Positions 35,690-40,668 of a stretch of 40,668 nt of DNA are shown here, in pieces. The notes under the pieces are model-generated. The model had not been told where the DNA came from, ran no database searches, and was given only the letters and a program-made list of their open reading frames with translations. Source of the stretch: a virus (Duplodnaviria; Caudoviricetes). Within the stretch, counting starts at the first letter, position 1; every line of letters starts with the position of its first letter. The translations under genes and the position numbers were made by a program. The stretch covers positions 1-40,668 of the IMG/VR virus record IMGVR_UViG_3300014656_000050. The stretch is one strand, 5' to 3'.

Positions 35690-36016
35690 ATGTTTGATCT
35701 TAATCAATTCCAACGCGAACACAAAAAATGGACAGACCATAATTTTCCTGACGCCCCGGCCTGGCAATCGTTTGTTGGGGCGGTTGAAGAACTGGGCGAA
35801 CTTGCTCACGCATTCCTAAAACTTACACAGGGAATCAGGGGAGCAAAAGAGGAACACATTGCAGAAATGCGCGATGCCATTGGCGATGTGATTATTTACC
35901 TGAGTCATTTTTGTAACGTCCATGGATTTTTGTTGTCGAAAATCATCGACGAAACATGGACAGAAGTTAGGAAACGTGACTGGAAAAAATATCCTGGAAA
36001 TGGGGTGGAAAAATGA
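35690..36016 (+). CDS. MazG-like nucleotide pyrophosphohydrolase
   Basis: EELGELAH...[10 protein letters not shown]; SD AAGGGAG. Confidence 0.88.
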   Translation: MFDLNQFQREHKKWTDHNFPDAPAWQSFVGAVEELGELAHAFLKLTQGIRGAKEEHIAEMRDAIGDVIIYLSHFCNVHGFLLSKIIDETWTEVRKRDWKKYPGNGVEK

Positions 36017-36450
36017 GCGGAGTCAACAAAGCAATCCTCATAGGCCGTCTTGGGCGTGACCCAGATATTCGATACCTGCCGACCGGGAACGCCGTCTGCA
36101 ATTTCACCATGGCCACGTCGGAAAAGTTCGGACCTGATAAACAGGAAAGAACAGAGTGGCACAGAATTGTGGCGTTCGGTAAACTGGCCGAAATATGCAA
36201 CCAATACCTGGTGAAAGGTAAACTTATTTATATCGATGGCCGAATCCAGACCCGGGACTGGGAGGACAAGGACGGAAATAAGCGGACCACAACCGAAATC
36301 GTGGCCAACAACATGCAAATGCTTGATTCGGCCGGAGGGGAAAAGAAAAATTATCCTCCGGGGATGTACGGACAATTAAACCCGCGAGAAAAGAAAAAAA
36401 ATATTGACGCTTACGGAAATGAGCTTGAAAACGAAGACCTTCCGTTTTAA
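36013..36450 (+). CDS. ssb: single-stranded DNA-binding protein
   Basis: [29 protein letters not shown]-terminal EDLPF. Confidence 0.97.
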   Translation: MSGVNKAILIGRLGRDPDIRYLPTGNAVCNFTMATSEKFGPDKQERTEWHRIVAFGKLAEICNQYLVKGKLIYIDGRIQTRDWEDKDGNKRTTTEIVANNMQMLDSAGGEKKNYPPGMYGQLNPREKKKNIDAYGNELENEDLPF

Positions 36451-36461
36451 TAGGAGTAATT

Positions 36462-36737
36462 ATGTCTCACACAGTAGACATAGACGTTAACCTGGCCGAC
36501 TTGATTCCCTGGGAAAAACTCCCGATGCTCGTCACGGTCATCGCAGACGTTTCGCTTAATACCTCCCTCTCTCGATGGGGCTTGAGGGAATTCACGATTG
36601 ACAAGAAAACGTCAAACATCGAATCCGTAATCGAAAATATTCAGTTTCGAATTGGAAATCTTATGCGTGAAACGTTCGAGAAAGAAGAGAAAAAAATTGA
36701 CTTCAGCGAAGCGGTTCACGATCAAATCGCGACGTGA
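36462..36737 (+). CDS. hypothetical protein
   Basis: SD AGGAG; 91 aa. Confidence 0.65.
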   Translation: MSHTVDIDVNLADLIPWEKLPMLVTVIADVSLNTSLSRWGLREFTIDKKTSNIESVIENIQFRIGNLMRETFEKEEKKIDFSEAVHDQIAT

Positions 36738-36817
36738 TTTTTATCATTTCAACGGGACCATTTTTGTTCTAAAATCGCGTCATTAACGCGCAAAACAAAA
36801 AAGGAGAATGACAAAAA

Positions 36818-37051
36818 ATGTCTGAAACAAAGCTAACATGCTGCGCTAAATGTAAAAATTTTATTTGGAGAAAAGAAGGAACGTGGTGGAGTAAGTTATG
36901 CATGGCATATCCTCTTGCCATGGAGTTAAATCCAGTTTCAGGAAAATATGAAACACCACGCCAAAAATATGAATTTTGCAGGGATGTCAACAATGGGCAC
37001 TGCCAAAGTTTTGAACAAAAAAAGTTTTTTTTGAATATAATAAGGTTTTGA
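36818..37051 (+). CDS. hypothetical Cys-rich protein
   Basis: CAKCKNF...C...CRDVNNGHC--FE. Confidence 0.65.
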   Translation: MSETKLTCCAKCKNFIWRKEGTWWSKLCMAYPLAMELNPVSGKYETPRQKYEFCRDVNNGHCQSFEQKKFFLNIIRF

Positions 37052-37269
37052 AATTATCACCAATTACACAACAGTGGACAATGGAGAAGGACCAAGGAGA
37101 ATTAATTACCTCGAATGGGATATGGCCATTCCGTGCACAGAATGCGCGAGTTATGATCGCAAAAAAAAAGTGTGTCCATATTTCCCAAACGATCAAATTC
37201 ACTGGAACACAACGTGCTGTCGAGCAGAAAGAAAAGCGACATAGTTTTCTACGAGATTCATCAGGTTAA
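37048..37269 (+). CDS. hypothetical protein
   Basis: TTGA overlap with the previous gene; no motif. Confidence 0.3.
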   Translation: MKLSPITQQWTMEKDQGELITSNGIWPFRAQNARVMIAKKKCVHISQTIKFTGTQRAVEQKEKRHSFLRDSSG

Positions 37270-37300
37270 TATTGCTTCTGAAAATGTGGAGGAATAGCTT

Positions 37301-37705
37301 GTGTCTGGCGTCCGCTTCACCCAAGAGCAGGTAGACGAATACAATGCCAAGCGCGGCATTTCAACGCCTGAGCAAACGATAACGACTCCTGGCCGTAAGG
37401 CAAGCGAACCAAATAAGACCGAACTGCGATTTGAATCTGAGATGATTATCCCGTGGTTGTCATGTTACAAGTTTGAAGGATATAAGTTCCGGGGACTCGC
37501 ACTTATCTGGCCAGATATGCGCTATACACCGGATTGGATGTTGTGGGATTGGAAAGAAAAGATAACCTTGATCGAAGTCAAGGGACCGCATATTCATTCG
37601 CGTGATTCACGGGTTCGGTTTTTGACGGCACGGCGCGATTACCCGTGGTTTAATTTCGAGGGCTGGCAGTATGCCGGCCGGCAATGGAGGAAAATATGGA
37701 AGTGA
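37301..37705 (+). CDS. PD-(D/E)XK endonuclease (DUF1064/resolvase-like)
   Basis: NKTE-RF, RYTPDW, LIEVKG; GTG start with GGAGG SD. Confidence 0.8.
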   Translation: MSGVRFTQEQVDEYNAKRGISTPEQTITTPGRKASEPNKTELRFESEMIIPWLSCYKFEGYKFRGLALIWPDMRYTPDWMLWDWKEKITLIEVKGPHIHSRDSRVRFLTARRDYPWFNFEGWQYAGRQWRKIWK

Positions 37706-37794
37706 CAAAACCAAAACGCCAATCTGAATGGGAAAAATTCAAAAAAGAAAATAATGATCGCAACAGACATATCTGTGGTTAGAAAGGTAGAAAA

Positions 37795-37998
37795 ATGACC
37801 ATACCTGGACAAAAGGAAAGAATGTTAACGTGTCACGAAACCATTAAAGCACTTGAAAACTCAGTCTTTGTGTGCTCGCACTGCGGACGAACGATTGAGT
37901 TTGAAGAACGCTTTATTGACGCAACTAAAAACAATGTGTTTTGTATGGTTTCTGAATGCAAGTGTCTTACACAAAGAAGAACGGGGTGTGGTGAATGA
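37795..37998 (+). CDS. small Cys-rich protein
   Basis: CSHCG...C----C. Confidence 0.55.
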   Translation: MTIPGQKERMLTCHETIKALENSVFVCSHCGRTIEFEERFIDATKNNVFCMVSECKCLTQRRTGCGE

Positions 37999-38741
37999 AA
38001 ATCATCAAACCGTCATACGAAATACTGACCGATATCGACCCAAAAAAAATCATGGCAAATATCGAACGTGCCGGCCGAACCTGCTACAAGTCCGAGGACA
38101 AAATCAAAACAGAATGGGTGAAAATAGGAAAAAATTTACAAAAATTTTCAACAGGTGATGTCCACTATATTCCAGCTTTAAGCAAAAAAAACACGTCAGC
38201 CGAGCCGTTCATTCGGGGAATCATAAAGTCCGGCCACCACTCCGTTCTGGAACACGAATCTATTTCCGTCAGATTCATCTGTGATCGGGGGGTGAGCCAT
38301 GAACTGGTCAGGCATCGGTTGGCGTCTTTCAGCCAGGAGTCAACGCGGTATTGCAACTATTCTGTAGACGGGTTGACGTTCATTAGGCCATTATTTTGGG
38401 ATGAAAACAGTGAGGAATATTACCAGTGGGCCTATGCCATGAAGGTTGCGTCTCAAACGTATATGCGGCTTTTACAACTTGGCGCCAGGCCAGAACAGGC
38501 CCGTGCCGTTCTACCAAACAGCCTCAAAACAGAAATAGTCATGACCGCTAACATCCGGGGATGGCGTCACGTCTTCACCCTCAGATGCACCAAGGCCGCT
38601 CACCCGCAAATGAGGGAAATCATGATGCCATTATTGGAGGAATTGGCGATAAAACTCCCGGTGTTGTTTGGTGATGTGTTTAGAGATATTTTAGACAATA
38701 TTGTCGAAAAACATTATGCGTCCAATATCGAAAATATGTAG
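37995..38741 (+). CDS. thyX: FAD-dependent thymidylate synthase
   Basis: GHHSVLEH, RGVSHELVRHRLASFSQESTRY, ARAVLPN, AHPQMR. Confidence 0.96.
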   Translation: MKIIKPSYEILTDIDPKKIMANIERAGRTCYKSEDKIKTEWVKIGKNLQKFSTGDVHYIPALSKKNTSAEPFIRGIIKSGHHSVLEHESISVRFICDRGVSHELVRHRLASFSQESTRYCNYSVDGLTFIRPLFWDENSEEYYQWAYAMKVASQTYMRLLQLGARPEQARAVLPNSLKTEIVMTANIRGWRHVFTLRCTKAAHPQMREIMMPLLEELAIKLPVLFGDVFRDILDNIVEKHYASNIENM

Positions 38742-38786
38742 GGGTTGAAATGACAAACAACGATCAAAAAGAAAGGACGTATCAAA

Positions 38787-39182
38787 ATGGATCTTGAATT
38801 CAAAGAACTCGACCAAATGGTCGAACGTTTCAAGGAAAAGGTTAAGCGTGAGATCGACGTTTCTATGGGTGATCTCAAAATTATCGAACAACAAATCAAC
38901 AAGTATCTCAAACAAATCAAAGAAACACAGGAACAGCTTGAAAGGCAAATTTATGATTTCGAAAAACATGGCGAAGATCTTTACGAGAAATATGATGCAA
39001 GGGCCAGAAAACTTTCATCAAGGTTTTCTTCAGTCAACGAATCCATGAAAGACAAAATCAAAGTTGACTTCCTTCCATACAACTTCGAAGAAATGATAAA
39101 TGTTGCCGAAAGGATTGGTCGACTTACCGACGCTCAGTTCGACCGGTTTGTCGAGCTGGCCAAGGCGTTTAGATCTGAATGA
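38787..39182 (+). CDS. hypothetical coiled-coil protein
   Basis: SD AAGGA; 131 aa with heptad pattern. Confidence 0.7.
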   Translation: MDLEFKELDQMVERFKEKVKREIDVSMGDLKIIEQQINKYLKQIKETQEQLERQIYDFEKHGEDLYEKYDARARKLSSRFSSVNESMKDKIKVDFLPYNFEEMINVAERIGRLTDAQFDRFVELAKAFRSE

Positions 39183-39333
39183 CAACTTTCCCCGGGTAAC
39201 CGGTAACTTGTTTCGACGATCAAGATTGCGGCTTATGGCGGAACCCTAAAAACCGCTTGGTGTTTGACTGTTTTTGGGCGAGTAGCCAGCCTTGGGGAAT
39301 AAAAAAAGGAGAAGAAGAGAGATGGGTAGTTAA

Positions 39334-39552
39334 GTGAAAATCCCAACAAAAAAAGAATACGAAAAGTCGCTCACGAACATCGCTCCTCTGTTTATGCTCA
39401 TGGAAGCGATTGAGAGGCTAAAAAACGGAAACGATTCTGAAATTGAGCACCATATCGGCCTGATAGAGACATACGAGTCTATTTATTATCCAATCGAACA
39501 CATGGAAGAAAGTTACGATGATCTGATGAAAATAATGGAGGGAGAAAAGTGA
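39334..39552 (+). CDS. hypothetical protein
   Basis: 72 aa; L--LIETYE--YYP; GTGA overlap with the next gene. Confidence 0.55.
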   Translation: MKIPTKKEYEKSLTNIAPLFMLMEAIERLKNGNDSEIEHHIGLIETYESIYYPIEHMEESYDDLMKIMEGEK

Positions 39553-40238
39553 TGACCAACACAAGAATGATAGAAAAAACATCTTGCTGGTATTGTGGAA
39601 AAAGTATATCGGCAGACGAAAAACGTCTGCTGATTATTGATCTTGAAGACCGCCTTGACGTGTTCACGGCTTTCCATCGACTGTCAGACCTTGTGGATGA
39701 ACTGGGTTGGGTTGTGGCTCCGGATGTGGTGGCGGATGAAGGTATCACACATATGGGGGCCGCATGCAAGCCCCGCATTGATACCAAGGACCTAATGTCT
39801 GAATCTAAGATCCTATCCGAAAAACACTGGGACGCCTTCACTGGCCCGGCCATCAGACACAATATTGGAATAAGCCGCGACGACTCCGAATTTCGACAAA
39901 AAACAATCGGAAACGAAATGGCGGAGCTCAGAAATACCGCGCTTTCCCAATGGGAACACGGGGCGAAACACATGGCGGAGCTAATTGTTTCAATCATTGA
40001 CGGGAGCGAAACATCCCGGCCCAATGATGATTGCTGGAAACCTTTTCCATCAACGGTGTCTTTGTTGCCGGCAGGCCCCTTCGTTGTCCGGGGGGTTATT
40101 GGAGATGAAAGAGTGGATACTATCGCCACAATCGTTGACGATGGGATATACTTGCATTTCGTTTTTGAGGGATTAACGTGGCGTATGATAGAATTCAAAT
40201 CATGTGGGAAATTGGAATGGAAGCCGATCAAGTGGTGA
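39549..40238 (+). CDS. hypothetical protein
   Basis: 229 aa; N-terminal CWYCG; SD GGAGGGAG. Confidence 0.65.
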   Translation: MMTNTRMIEKTSCWYCGKSISADEKRLLIIDLEDRLDVFTAFHRLSDLVDELGWVVAPDVVADEGITHMGAACKPRIDTKDLMSESKILSEKHWDAFTGPAIRHNIGISRDDSEFRQKTIGNEMAELRNTALSQWEHGAKHMAELIVSIIDGSETSRPNDDCWKPFPSTVSLLPAGPFVVRGVIGDERVDTIATIVDDGIYLHFVFEGLTWRMIEFKSCGKLEWKPIKW

Positions 40239-40241
40239 CTC

Positions 40242-40601
40242 ATGCCTATCTCACCTTCTAAACCATGCGCTTGGCAAGGATGCAATAATCTTGCACAGGA
40301 AAACAAAACCTTTTGTGAAGAACACGGAAGACACAAAAACGATTGGGACAAAGAAAGGCAAAGCGCGAGCAAAAGAGGATATGATAGGCACTGGAGAAAG
40401 GCAAGGCTTGCGCACCTTCGCAAACATCCTTTATGCGCGGAGTGTTTAAGAAATGGCATAATTAAGCCAGGAACTGATGTTGATCATATTATTGATCATG
40501 GGGGGGATCATGCTTTGTTCTGGGCGGAAGATAACCGGCAAACATTGTGTCATGAGTGTCACTCAATAAAAACACTGTCTAAAAAAGGCAAAGTGTATTG
40601 A
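40242..40601 (+). CDS. terminase-associated HNH endonuclease
   Basis: KPC---GC, SASKRGYD--W---R---L--HPLC-EC, VDHII-H-GD--LFW---N-QTLC--CHS-KT. Confidence 0.93.
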   Translation: MPISPSKPCAWQGCNNLAQENKTFCEEHGRHKNDWDKERQSASKRGYDRHWRKARLAHLRKHPLCAECLRNGIIKPGTDVDHIIDHGGDHALFWAEDNRQTLCHECHSIKTLSKKGKVY

Positions 40602-40668
40602 GCAATTAGACTAAATATGTGGTGCTGGTGGGGGGGGGGTGAATCTCTGGAGCTTTGAGTCTGTAGAC
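40602..40668 (+). other. cos-adjacent region (right genome end)
   Basis: G-run followed by GAATCTCTGG...TAGAC after the HNH gene; the window starts GTCATTTTTTT, the layout seen around 3'-cos sites of P27-terminase phages. Confidence 0.55.

Noticed and set aside
39479-40459. 326-aa minus-strand ORF
   Set aside because: Antisense shadow of three coupled + strand genes including the HNH gene; no motifs.
1-40668. Alternative genetic code
   Set aside because: Conserved genes are intact in code 11 and all three stop codons end genes at the expected places.

Overview
The window appears to be one complete ~40.7 kb tailed-phage genome (HK97-type head, long non-contractile tail), opened at or next to its cos site. 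It starts just before terS and ends just after the terminase-associated HNH gene. Left arm (+ strand): a PAPS-reductase-family gene, terS/terL, a portal fused to a MuF/gpF-like domain, protease, major capsid, accessory head genes, neck, two tail-tube-like genes, a frameshifted chaperone, tape measure, tail tip/fibre and lysis genes. Middle: a short leftward operon and a divergent promoter region. Right arm (+ strand): recombination (PD-(D/E)XK nuclease, Bet), replication (initiator with iterons, DnaB), DNA-modification and nucleotide genes (SNF2 helicase-MTase fusion, an MTase relic, Mom-like GNAT, MazG, SSB, ThyX) and HNH. I recognise no integrase, CI-type repressor or ParA/ParB. The SSB and HTH proteins suggest a deltaproteobacterial (Desulfobacterota-like) host, which is inference only. 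Most notable: (1) a 76-nt tRNA-Gly-like cloverleaf at 35084-35159, with GlyRS acceptor-stem identity elements and an encoded CCA but a distorted anticodon arm and T arm, lying in frame inside the 5' end of the Mom-like adenine-modification gene; it is a candidate dedicated glycyl donor and/or regulatory RNA; (2) two chromosomal-consensus parS sites in the head region of a phage with no par or integrase genes. All family assignments come from motif recognition by eye, not database searches.
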